Shown piece after piece: positions 52,354 to 61,008 of a stretch of 64,000 nt of DNA (the first letter of the stretch is position 1; every line of letters begins with the position of its first letter). The DNA is from Deltaproteobacteria bacterium. Lineage in GTDB: Bacteria > Myxococcota_A > UBA9160 > UBA4427. The stretch spans positions 299,057 to 363,056 of the forward strand of contig PBFW01000009.1 in assembly GCA_002719955.1 (NCBI GenBank). Reading direction: 5' to 3'. The notes beneath the pieces were generated by a model. That model saw only the letters and a list, made by a program, of their open reading frames with translations, ran no database searches and was not told the origin of the DNA. The translations under genes were made by a program, and so were the position numbers.

Positions 52354-55300
52354 ATGGAAGGTCTGCCCGATCATTTCGATGTGGCGACGTGCGCCTGGCT
52401 CGATCGGCAATTCGATGCGCCGACCCCCGTGCAGGAACGGGGTTGGCCCCTGCTCGCCGAGCATTCGAACGCGCTGCTGGTCGCGCCGACGGGCAGCGGC
52501 AAGACGCTGGCCGCCTTCCTCGCGTCGATCGATCGCCTGGGTCGTCTGCCCGAGGACAGCGGGCCCGGCGTCCGGGTGCTCTACATTTCTCCGCTGAAGG
52601 CGCTCGTCTACGACATCGAAAGGAACCTGCGCGCGCCGCTCGCGGGAATCGCTGAATGCGCGACGGTTCTCGCGGAGAAATCGGGCGATCCCGTTCGCTT
52701 CCGACCGCCGCGTGTCGCGATTCGCACCGGAGACAGCACGGCCGGGGAACGCCGTCTGCAGGGACGAGATCCCGCCGAGATTCTCGTGACGACGCCCGAG
52801 TCCCTTTATCTGATCCTGGGCTCGCAGCAGCGCGAGACCCTCCGCAGCGTCGAGACGATCATCGTCGACGAGATTCATGCCCTCGCGCCGACCAAGCGCG
52901 GGGTCCACCTGATGCTCTCGCTCGAACGCCTGGCCCGTCGCTGCGAGGCGGGGGATCCGCAGCGAATCGGTCTGTCCGCAACGGCGCGTCCCGCCGACGC
53001 GATCGCGCGCTTTCTCGGCGGCGATCGCGAGATCGAGATCGTCGATACCAGTCGCGCCCCCTCGATCGATCTCACGGTCTCGGTTCCGGTTCCGGACATG
53101 ACGCGGCCGGAAGTCGGCGGACGTCGTGATCCCGAACAACCGGATCGCCCGTTGCGCGCCGTGGGCGAGGGCGAATCCGAGACGAGTCTGTGGCCCGCTC
53201 TCTATCCGGAACTGCTCGAACGTATCCGTGCCCACCGGAGCTCGATCCTCTTCGTGAACAGCCGTGCGCTCTGCGAACGTCTCGCCCATCGCCTGAACGA
53301 ACTCGCGGACGAGCCCCTCGTGCGCGCCCACCACGGCAGTCTCGCCCACGCCAAACGCAAGGAGATCGAGGAGGCGCTCGCCGCCGGTGAGCTTCGCGCG
53401 ATCGTCGCCACGAGTTCTCTCGAACTCGGGATCGACATGTCTTCGGTCGAGCTCGTCCTGCTCGTCGAGAGCCCCGGGGCGGTCGGGCGCGGGTTGCAGC
53501 GTATCGGTCGAGCGGGCCACGCGGTGGGTGAAACGAGCTTCGGCATCGTCTTTCCGAAGCATCGCGGCGATCTTCTCGAGGCGGCGGTCGTTGCGAAGGG
53601 CATGCGTGAGGGGGCGGTCGAAGCGATCGAGATCCCGCGCAACCCGCTCGATGTACTCGCCCAACAGATCGTGGCGATCGTCGCGGAAGAGGTGATCACG
53701 ATCGACGAGATCGCGGTGCTGCTCGCGCGCACGGAGAGTTATGCGTCGCTCGGGCGCGGTCTGCTGGAATCGGTGCTCGACATGCTGGCGGGGCGCTACC
53801 CGTCGACGGAATTTGCCGAGTTGCGGCCGCGCTTGCATTGGGATCGCGAAACGGATCTTCTCGAAATAAGGGAGGGAGCGGGGCGGATCGCCCTGCTCTC
53901 CGGCGGGACGATTCCCGATCGCGGTCAATACGCGGTGCACCTCGGCGCAGACGGGCCCCGCATCGGCGAACTCGACGAAGAGATGGTGCACGAGTCGAAG
54001 CCGGGTGATGTCGTCACGCTGGGCGCTTCGAGTTGGCGCGCGCTCGAGATCACGCGCGACCGCGTGATCGTCGCGCCCGCACCCGGCGAGGTCGGGCGAC
54101 TGCCCTTCTGGCACGGGGATGGGCCCGGTCGGCCGATCGAACTCGGTCGCGCGTTGGGTCGCTTCACTCGGAAATTGCTCGAACACGACGAAGCGGCGAA
54201 ATGGTTGCGCGAGGAGCACGACCTCGACGAATTCGCCGCGAAGAATCTGCTCGATCATGTCGAGACCCAACGCGAATGGACGGGGAGCTGCCCCACGGAT
54301 CGTCGGATCACGATCGAGCGCTTTCGCGACGAACTCGGGGATTGGCGGCTCTGCATCCTCTCGCCCTTCGGTTCACGGATTCACGCGCCCTGGGCCCTTG
54401 CGATCTCCGCCCGACTTTCCGAGTACGGCGATCTCGATGCCCATCCGCTCTGGACCGATGACGGCCTCATGTTTCGGTTCGCGGACGCGGATCGTCTGCC
54501 CCCGACGGATCTCTTCCTGCCCCCGCCCGACGAGATCGAAGACCTCGTCACGGCGCAACTCGACGGCTCGGCGCTTTTCGCGTCGCAATTTCGCGAGAAC
54601 GCAGCGCGGGCGCTGCTGCTGCCGCGCCAGCGACCCGGCGCGCGCACGCCCCTCTGGGTTCAGCGATTGAGATCGCAGAGCCTGCATGCGGTCGCCCGGG
54701 GCTATCCGGATTTTCCGATCATGCTCGAGACCTATCGATCGTGCATGCAGGACGTTTTCGATCTGCCCGGGCTCGTCGAATTGATGACGGGGATTCGTTC
54801 GCGGGAAATCGGAATCGACGATGTCGAGACACCCTCCGCTTCCCCCTTCGCCCGCTCGCTCGTCTTCTCGTATGCGGCCACCTATCTCTATCAGCTCGAT
54901 ATGCCCGCGGCCGAACGTCGCACGCAGGCGCTCTCCCTCGACCGCCATATGTTGCGCGAATTGCTCGGCGCGGAGGCGCTGCGGGAGCTGCTCGATGAGG
55001 AGGTGATCGATCGGGCCGAAGCGCGACGTCAGGGTCTCGATCCGGAGCTGCGCGCGCGCCACGCGGATGGGCTCCACGATACGTTGCGGCAGGTGGGTGA
55101 TCTCGGCGACGAAGAGCTGATCGCGCGTTTCGAGGGTGATCCGATTCGGGCCCGCGCTGCGATCGATGATTTATCTGTCGCGCGGCGGATCGTCGAGGTC
55201 GAGGTGGCCGGGGTGAAGCGTTGGATTGCGGCGGAGGAGGCCGGGATTTATCGAGATGCGTTAGGTGTGTCTCTTCCGAGCGGTCTGCCGGCGGCCTTCC

Positions 55301-56952
55301 TCGAGCGAACGGATGCCCCTCTCGAACAGATCCTGATGCGTTATGCGAGGACACATGGTCCTTTCGAGACAGAAAGGATCGCGGCTCGCTTTGGGATCGT
55401 GCCCGGTCAGATCGAACCCGTTCTGCGAACACTCGCGACCCAGGGCAGGCTCGTATCCGGCGAATTCGATCCACGCGGTCGGGGTCGTGAGTGGGTGGAG
55501 GTCGAGATTCTTCGCCGTATCAAGCGGGGAACCCTCGAGAGATTGCGTAGCGAGATCTCGCCTGTTGAGGGGGACGTATTGGGTCGCTTCCTGGTCGATT
55601 GGCACGGCATCGAATCCGGCCGCAAGGGGGACACGCGGCTCGACGAAGTGATCGATCTGATCGAGGGACTCCCCCTCTCTTTTGCCGAACTCGAACGGTC
55701 GATCCTGCCCGCGCGCTTGCCGGGCTACGAACCGCGCATGCTCGACGAGCGCGGTGCCGAGGGAGGGCTCGTCTGGGTCGGATGCCGGGCGATCGGCGAG
55801 CGGGATGGGCGCGTGGCGCTCTATCGCCGCGAGCAGATTGCCGCGCTGATGGATCGGCCCGAGCGAGACGAGAAGGAACTCGGTCGGGTTCATCGAGAAA
55901 TTCTCGATCGACTCGAAGCGCGCGGAGCCTCCTTCTTCGCGGAACTCGCCCACGGCGTCGAGGTCGAGTCCCACGATGAGGTCTTCGGCGCGTTATGGGA
56001 ACTCGTCTGGCGGGGGTTCGTCACCAACGACACCTTCGCGCCCCTGCGCGCGCTCGCTCAGCGACCGACGCCGGGTCGCCGCCGCGGACGTCGCGCGAAG
56101 CCGATCGCCACCGCGGGGCGCTGGTCACTGGTGGCTCCACTGGTTGCCTCCCCACCGAGCGAGACGGAGCGTCTTCACGCGCGAACGCTCCTCTATCTGC
56201 GTCGGCACGGAATCGTTTCCCGTGAGGCGATGGGGGTCGAGGCTCAGGCCGGCGGTTTCGGAGCGATCTACCCGGTGTTGCGTGAGATGGAAGAGACGGG
56301 GCGGATCCGGCGCGGACATTTCGTCGAGGGCATGACCAGCGCCCAACTCGCCGTTCCAGGCGCCGTCGATCGCTTGAGATCGCTTCGCGAACGACCGCCC
56401 CAGCCCAACGCGGTGCTGCTCTCGGCGACCGACCCTGCGCAGCCCTATGGGATTCAGCTTCCCTGGCCCCCGGCGCGCAGCCCCGCACAGGGGAAGCAGG
56501 GCAAGGCGCGGCGAGGGATCGGAGCGCAGGTCGTGTTGGTCGACGGGCGCCCCAGCCTATTCATCGACAGGGGTGGGACGCGTGTCCTCTGCTTCGAAGA
56601 CGAATCGCGAGCGAGCCAAGCGCAACGGCTCGATCGCGCGCTGCAGGCGTTGGCGCGCGGTGTGGCTCGAATCGGCCGCAAGCGTCTCTCGGTCGAAGAG
56701 ATTGATGGGCAGAAGGCGCGCAGATCGGCGCTCGCCGAGGCTTTCGTGCGGGCCGGTTTTCGTGCGGGCTATCGTGGCTTCGAGATCGATCGACTCCCGA
56801 CGAGCGCGGGGGACTCCGATGGGCTGCGGATCAGCGGCTTCGGGCCCGGTGATCGGGGGCTCGAGTCGAGCCCTCGTTTCGGTTCCTTGGGGGGCGCGCC
56901 CGAGGATGCACGGGCGGGCATTGCGAGGGGGAGGGGAATGAAACGCACATGA
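52354..56952 (+). CDS. lhr: Lhr-type ATP-dependent helicase (1532 aa)
   Basis: Superfamily-2 motifs: TPVQERGW, APTGSGKT, VDEIHAL, SAT, and HHGSLA...RIGRAGH. The long Lhr-specific C-terminal extension is present. I chose ATG 52354. The ORF opens at 52027, overlapping the upstream gene. Confidence 0.9.
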   Translation: MEGLPDHFDVATCAWLDRQFDAPTPVQERGWPLLAEHSNALLVAPTGSGKTLAAFLASIDRLGRLPEDSGPGVRVLYISPLKALVYDIERNLRAPLAGIAECATVLAEKSGDPVRFRPPRVAIRTGDSTAGERRLQGRDPAEILVTTPESLYLILGSQQRETLRSVETIIVDEIHALAPTKRGVHLMLSLERLARRCEAGDPQRIGLSATARPADAIARFLGGDREIEIVDTSRAPSIDLTVSVPVPDMTRPEVGGRRDPEQPDRPLRAVGEGESETSLWPALYPELLERIRAHRSSILFVNSRALCERLAHRLNELADEPLVRAHHGSLAHAKRKEIEEALAAGELRAIVATSSLELGIDMSSVELVLLVESPGAVGRGLQRIGRAGHAVGETSFGIVFPKHRGDLLEAAVVAKGMREGAVEAIEIPRNPLDVLAQQIVAIVAEEVITIDEIAVLLARTESYASLGRGLLESVLDMLAGRYPSTEFAELRPRLHWDRETDLLEIREGAGRIALLSGGTIPDRGQYAVHLGADGPRIGELDEEMVHESKPGDVVTLGASSWRALEITRDRVIVAPAPGEVGRLPFWHGDGPGRPIELGRALGRFTRKLLEHDEAAKWLREEHDLDEFAAKNLLDHVETQREWTGSCPTDRRITIERFRDELGDWRLCILSPFGSRIHAPWALAISARLSEYGDLDAHPLWTDDGLMFRFADADRLPPTDLFLPPPDEIEDLVTAQLDGSALFASQFRENAARALLLPRQRPGARTPLWVQRLRSQSLHAVARGYPDFPIMLETYRSCMQDVFDLPGLVELMTGIRSREIGIDDVETPSASPFARSLVFSYAATYLYQLDMPAAERRTQALSLDRHMLRELLGAEALRELLDEEVIDRAEARRQGLDPELRARHADGLHDTLRQVGDLGDEELIARFEGDPIRARAAIDDLSVARRIVEVEVAGVKRWIAAEEAGIYRDALGVSLPSGLPAAFLERTDAPLEQILMRYARTHGPFETERIAARFGIVPGQIEPVLRTLATQGRLVSGEFDPRGRGREWVEVEILRRIKRGTLERLRSEISPVEGDVLGRFLVDWHGIESGRKGDTRLDEVIDLIEGLPLSFAELERSILPARLPGYEPRMLDERGAEGGLVWVGCRAIGERDGRVALYRREQIAALMDRPERDEKELGRVHREILDRLEARGASFFAELAHGVEVESHDEVFGALWELVWRGFVTNDTFAPLRALAQRPTPGRRRGRRAKPIATAGRWSLVAPLVASPPSETERLHARTLLYLRRHGIVSREAMGVEAQAGGFGAIYPVLREMEETGRIRRGHFVEGMTSAQLAVPGAVDRLRSLRERPPQPNAVLLSATDPAQPYGIQLPWPPARSPAQGKQGKARRGIGAQVVLVDGRPSLFIDRGGTRVLCFEDESRASQAQRLDRALQALARGVARIGRKRLSVEEIDGQKARRSALAEAFVRAGFRAGYRGFEIDRLPTSAGDSDGLRISGFGPGDRGLESSPRFGSLGGAPEDARAGIARGRGMKRT

Positions 56953-57992
56953 GTGGAGCGGTGAGCAAGGAGGTCGAGGGGGTCGACCTCGTGATTCTCG
57001 ATGTCTGGATGGACGAGCAGGGACTGCCGAAGGGTGAGATTGGACCCGTCGATCGCCTGATGGGCGGCACCCAGAATATCCTGTTGCGCTTCGAGCGCGG
57101 CGGTCGCCACTACGTGCTCCGTCGTCCCCCGGTCCACAAGCGACCCAATAGTGATGAGACGATGCGGCGCGAAGCGCGCGTGCTCGCCGCGCTCGAGGGA
57201 ACGGATGTTCCGCATCCGGGACTGATCTCGGCGTGTCCCGACGAGGCCCTGATTGGTGCGGCCTTCTATCTGATGGAACCGGTCGACGGATTCAATGCCG
57301 GCACCGGACTTCCCGAGCTGCACGGGAGCGATCGGGATCTTCGAAGGGCGATGGGACTCTCCATGGCCGAGGGCATCGCGAAGCTCGGCGCGGTCGACTA
57401 CCTCGCGGTTGGGCTCGAGGGATTCGGTCGGCCCGAGGGTTATCTGGAGCGGCAGGTGACGCGCTGGCGTCATCAGCTCGAGGGATACCGCGAGATGGAG
57501 AACTACCCCGGGCCCGAGATTCCCGGGGTGGAGGCGATCGCAGAATGGCTCGAGGCCCATCGCCCGAGCCATTCCCGGCCGGGCATTCTGCACGGCGATT
57601 ACCATATCGGAAACGTCATGTTCTCGTACTCGGGTCCCGAGCTTGCGGCCATCGTCGATTGGGAATTGGCCACTGTCGGGGATCCGCTTCTCGATCTGGG
57701 CGCGCTGATCGCGAGTTGGCCGGACGCTGAAGGGAAATCTCCGCTTGGCCCCCCGGACGGCCTGCTCGAGGGATTGCCGAGCGCCGCTGAGATGATCGAT
57801 CACTATGCTGACCGCTCCGAGCGGGATCTCGACGCGATCGACTGGTACATCGTCCTAGCCTGCTATCGGCTCGGAATCATTCTGGAGGGCACCCACGCGC
57901 GGGCCTTCGCCGGCCGCGCGGATCGCGATCTCGGTGACCTGTTCCACGCGACGACCCTGGCGCTCTTCGAGCGCGCTCTTTTGTATCTCTGA
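56949..57992 (+). CDS. Phosphotransferase family protein (APH-fold kinase)
   Basis: Contains GGTQNILLRFERGGRHYVLRRPP, MEPVDG, catalytic loop ILHGDYHIGNVMF, and IVDWELATVGDPLLDLG. The ATG overlaps the lhr stop (ATGA). Confidence 0.85.
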   Translation: MSGAVSKEVEGVDLVILDVWMDEQGLPKGEIGPVDRLMGGTQNILLRFERGGRHYVLRRPPVHKRPNSDETMRREARVLAALEGTDVPHPGLISACPDEALIGAAFYLMEPVDGFNAGTGLPELHGSDRDLRRAMGLSMAEGIAKLGAVDYLAVGLEGFGRPEGYLERQVTRWRHQLEGYREMENYPGPEIPGVEAIAEWLEAHRPSHSRPGILHGDYHIGNVMFSYSGPELAAIVDWELATVGDPLLDLGALIASWPDAEGKSPLGPPDGLLEGLPSAAEMIDHYADRSERDLDAIDWYIVLACYRLGIILEGTHARAFAGRADRDLGDLFHATTLALFERALLYL

Positions 57993-58060
57993 GGGAAGTC
58001 CCGGGCGCTGCGCCGCGTGTCGTTGCTCGCATCCGGGCCGCTGCTAAGGTCCTGCCAATC

Positions 58061-58504
58061 ATGGACTTTTCCGTTCTACCTCCGATCAACGCGGCGCTGA
58101 ACGCGACGGCGATCGCACTCCTGGTCGCGGGGCGTCGCTTTGCGAGACGCGGCGAGATCGACCGTCATCGATCGACCATGTTGTCCGCGTTCGGTGTCTC
58201 GAGCCTCTTTCTCATTCTCTATCTGGGACACAAGGTCTCACGAAATTTTGAAAACACGACCTTCAACGTCGAGGGTTGGGCGAAGACGGCCTATCTGGTG
58301 TTGCTCGGATCCCACGTTCTTCTCGCGATGAGCGTTCCAGTTCTTGCGTTCCTCCTGGTCAGACTCGGGCTGAAGGACGAGCGCGAACGGCATCGGCGGA
58401 TCGCTCGGGTCGGCTGGCTGATCTGGATCTACGTCTCCGTGACCGGGGTGCTGATCTACCTCCTCCTATACCCCTTCAACCCCGCTCCGATCGTCGCTCG
58501 CTAG
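58061..58504 (+). CDS. DUF420 domain membrane protein (CtaM-like, oxidase-associated)
   Basis: 4 TM. LPPINAALNATAIALLVAG...HRSTMLSAFGVSSLFLILYL...AYLVLLGSHVLLAM...WLIWIYVSVTGVLIYLLLY is typical DUF420. Confidence 0.85.
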   Translation: MDFSVLPPINAALNATAIALLVAGRRFARRGEIDRHRSTMLSAFGVSSLFLILYLGHKVSRNFENTTFNVEGWAKTAYLVLLGSHVLLAMSVPVLAFLLVRLGLKDERERHRRIARVGWLIWIYVSVTGVLIYLLLYPFNPAPIVAR

Positions 58505-59267
58505 CGGTCGGGCTCCCGGTGAGCGGGGGCTTCGGCGGTGTTCTGCAGCGAAACGTTGCGGTTGTTGTCTCGACTTCCATCCGCTGATTGACCCATGCGT
58601 GGAAGACCCCGCTATGCTTGGTCCATCTCGAGCAGACCCTTCCGGATTCGTCCGGGCTCGGGATTCTTTGACGAGCCCCACTCGGGTGAAGACCGGGTTC
58701 GAGTCGGGGTCGGGGTCGGAAAATGCGGGTCGAGTCGGCTATGAATGGAAACCGGCTGGAAACGGGTCTTTACGCCCTGGGGGCGGCCGGTCGATGGATC
58801 GCACGAATGACGCCGATGCGATCGGTGGGATGGACTTGAAAGGGCCCGGCGACTTGACTAATTGGAGATCGATGGGCTACCTCGCGGGCGGTTTTCTAAA
58901 CCAGAACGCCCCCCTAAGAGGCGCTCCCCGGTTCAATCTGGCGTCGACTGGAATGGTTGCGAGATCTGCCATGGCCTCGCGGCCAGGATTCGTGTCGGCC
59001 CCGGCAATCTGTGCAGGTCGTCCGGGTGTCGGTCGGATGATGGGTTCGTTGGCTGGCGGGTGGGTCGGTGGATCGAACCAGTGATCGCTGAGCCAGCCGT
59101 TATGTGGATGGATGGATGACGCGTCGAAGTTGGGTGGAGGCGGCGGCGAAGGGATTGAGCGGGATGGCTCGGATCCATGAGTCCGCAGCGGGTCCGACGC
59201 GATGAAAATGGGAACGATGGATTCTTGCCCGTGCGTGATCGAGCGAATCATCAAACGAATCGATCAG

Positions 59268-59975
59268 ATGCCGGGTGTACGCAAAGAGGGACGACCTTTG
59301 TTCGGCAATTCTTTCTGTAGAGGGCTCCGGCCGATCGCGCTCCTGGCGATCACGCTGGCAATTGGTTTCGCAGCGCTTCCGGGTCGTGTGGTGGCGGAAG
59401 AGGGGGATGTGGATCTCGTGCGGGGTGAAGAGCTCTTCGCGCTCTGCACCCAATGTCACTCGAGCGATGGTGGAGGCAATCGTAAGGTGCTCGCCCCGGC
59501 CATCGCCGGGCTTCCCGCGTGGTATCTCGAGATGCAGCTGAAGAATTTCAAGGAGGGGGTCCGAGGCCTCCACGCAGAGGATACGGGCGGGCTCCGCATG
59601 TACCCGATGTCGCTCTGGCTGCGAGACGAGGCGGACCAGAAATCAGTGGCCGCCTACGTGGCGAGTCTGCCCTCGGTCGAGTTGGCGGGTGAGCTCGAAG
59701 AGCACGGCAATGCCGCCAAGGGCGCAGGCTACTACGCGGTCTGCTCGGCCTGTCATGGCCCCGACGCTGCGGGCAACCAGGCCATGGGCGCCCCACCGCT
59801 GACAGGTCAGAACGATTGGTATCTCTTTTCCTCGATTCAGAAATACAAGCACTCGGTTCGAGGCGGTGGCAAGGGGGACATGTTCGGGGCGGCCATGATC
59901 GGCATGGTCAAGACGCTTCCGGACGACAACGCAATCCTCGATGTGATCGCGCATATTCAAAGTCTGGAGAAATAA
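59268..59975 (+). CDS. Dihaem class I cytochrome c (c4-like)
   Basis: Signal/anchor LRPIALLAITLAIGFAALPG. Two CxxCH sites (CTQCHS, CSACHG), each followed by a distal Met region (RMYPM, AAMIGM). The ORF opens at 59202. Confidence 0.85.
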   Translation: MPGVRKEGRPLFGNSFCRGLRPIALLAITLAIGFAALPGRVVAEEGDVDLVRGEELFALCTQCHSSDGGGNRKVLAPAIAGLPAWYLEMQLKNFKEGVRGLHAEDTGGLRMYPMSLWLRDEADQKSVAAYVASLPSVELAGELEEHGNAAKGAGYYAVCSACHGPDAAGNQAMGAPPLTGQNDWYLFSSIQKYKHSVRGGGKGDMFGAAMIGMVKTLPDDNAILDVIAHIQSLEK

Positions 59976-59978
59976 ACG

Positions 59979-60107
59979 ATGTCCGATGAAGAACCTCATG
60001 TCGAACCGACACCGCCCGGCTGGGAAGAAGTTTCGTTTCGCATCTTCACGATGAGCATGGCGGGTATTTGCAGCTTCATCGCTGCCGTGTTCATTTTTGT
60101 CATCTAG
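59979..60107 (+). CDS. Small single-TM protein (42 aa) between the cytochrome c and subunit II genes
   Basis: The ATG lies 3 nt after the cytochrome c stop. The translation is MSDEEPHVEPTPPGWEEVSFRIFTMSMAGICSFIAAVFIFVI. It is not in the ORF track because it is shorter than 60 aa. The call rests on position and the TM helix only. Confidence 0.4.
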   Translation: MSDEEPHVEPTPPGWEEVSFRIFTMSMAGICSFIAAVFIFVI

Positions 60108-60162
60108 CGGCTCGCCCGACGCTTGGCTGATCGCCTCGTTTTCCAGGTAGAAAGCAGAAATA

Positions 60163-60855
60163 ATGATTCTCGACTCACTGCTTCAGGCTTCCGCCTCCAC
60201 CTACGCGGGGGACATCGATCGGCTCTTCGATGTCATCACGCTTCTGGTGGGCGTCCCCATGCTCATCTGCATGCTTCTCTTCTTCACGTACATCTTTCGC
60301 TTCCGGGCGAAAGAAGGCACGAAGGCCCTCTATATCTCGGGCACCGAGCACAAGTACATGAAGTGGATCCACCGGGCGCATTTCCCGATCCTTGTTTTCG
60401 ACGTGATCATTGTCGTGATGGCTGTTCAGGTTTGGTACGACGTAAAGCAGGACCTGCCGGAGCCGGAGTCGACGGTTCGCATCATCGCTCAGCAATGGGC
60501 TTGGACCTTTGTGCACCCCGGTCCGGATAATGTCCTGGACACGGCAGACGACATCACGACGATCAACGATCTCCATGTCGCTAAAGGCACCCTCTACCAT
60601 TTCAAGCTCGAAGCCAAGGACGTCATCCACAACTTCTCCGTTCCGGTCTTCCGGTTGAAGCAGGACGCGATCCCCGGTCGGGTCATCACGGGCTGGTTCG
60701 AGGCGACCGTGGCGGGCGAGTTCGACATCCAATGCGCAGAGATCTGCGGGATCGGCCACGGGTTGATGCCCGGCCGGATCCACATCGAGAGTCCCGGGCA
60801 GCATGCGGCCTGGGTCGAAGAGAATTCGCCGATCGAACATCTGGCGGCTCGCTAG
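60163..60855 (+). CDS. ctaC: Cytochrome c oxidase subunit II
   Basis: Two N-terminal TM helices and a cupredoxin domain with CuA ligands (HNFSVP...CAEICGIGHGLM). Confidence 0.9.
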   Translation: MILDSLLQASASTYAGDIDRLFDVITLLVGVPMLICMLLFFTYIFRFRAKEGTKALYISGTEHKYMKWIHRAHFPILVFDVIIVVMAVQVWYDVKQDLPEPESTVRIIAQQWAWTFVHPGPDNVLDTADDITTINDLHVAKGTLYHFKLEAKDVIHNFSVPVFRLKQDAIPGRVITGWFEATVAGEFDIQCAEICGIGHGLMPGRIHIESPGQHAAWVEENSPIEHLAAR

Positions 60856-61008
60856 TACGAGCGTGGAGCCAATCGGATCACCCTGAGCATGAGGCTGGAC
60901 CGAGCCGGAGAACACGAGAACCGGCCGGATCGAGCCAAGTCAGCCACCGAGAGTACAGCCGAAGCGAGCCTCTAGAAGACGCGCTCCGGATCCCGAGGAG
61001 AACGAGAC

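Noticed and set aside
58691-58711. tRNA or tmRNA-like T-loop string GACCGGGTTCGAGTCGGGGTC.
   Set aside because: The flanking bases do not form a 5-bp T-stem (GACCG versus GGGTC mismatches). No acceptor stem, anticodon arm or tmRNA tag reading frame is present nearby.
58599-59254. ORFs 58599-59084 (+), 58862-59119 (+) and 58877-59254 (-) as real genes.
   Set aside because: They are mutually overlapping, rich in Gly/Pro/Arg, and lack a plausible SD or any recognisable domain. I reported the region as an unexplained gap rather than calling a CDS.
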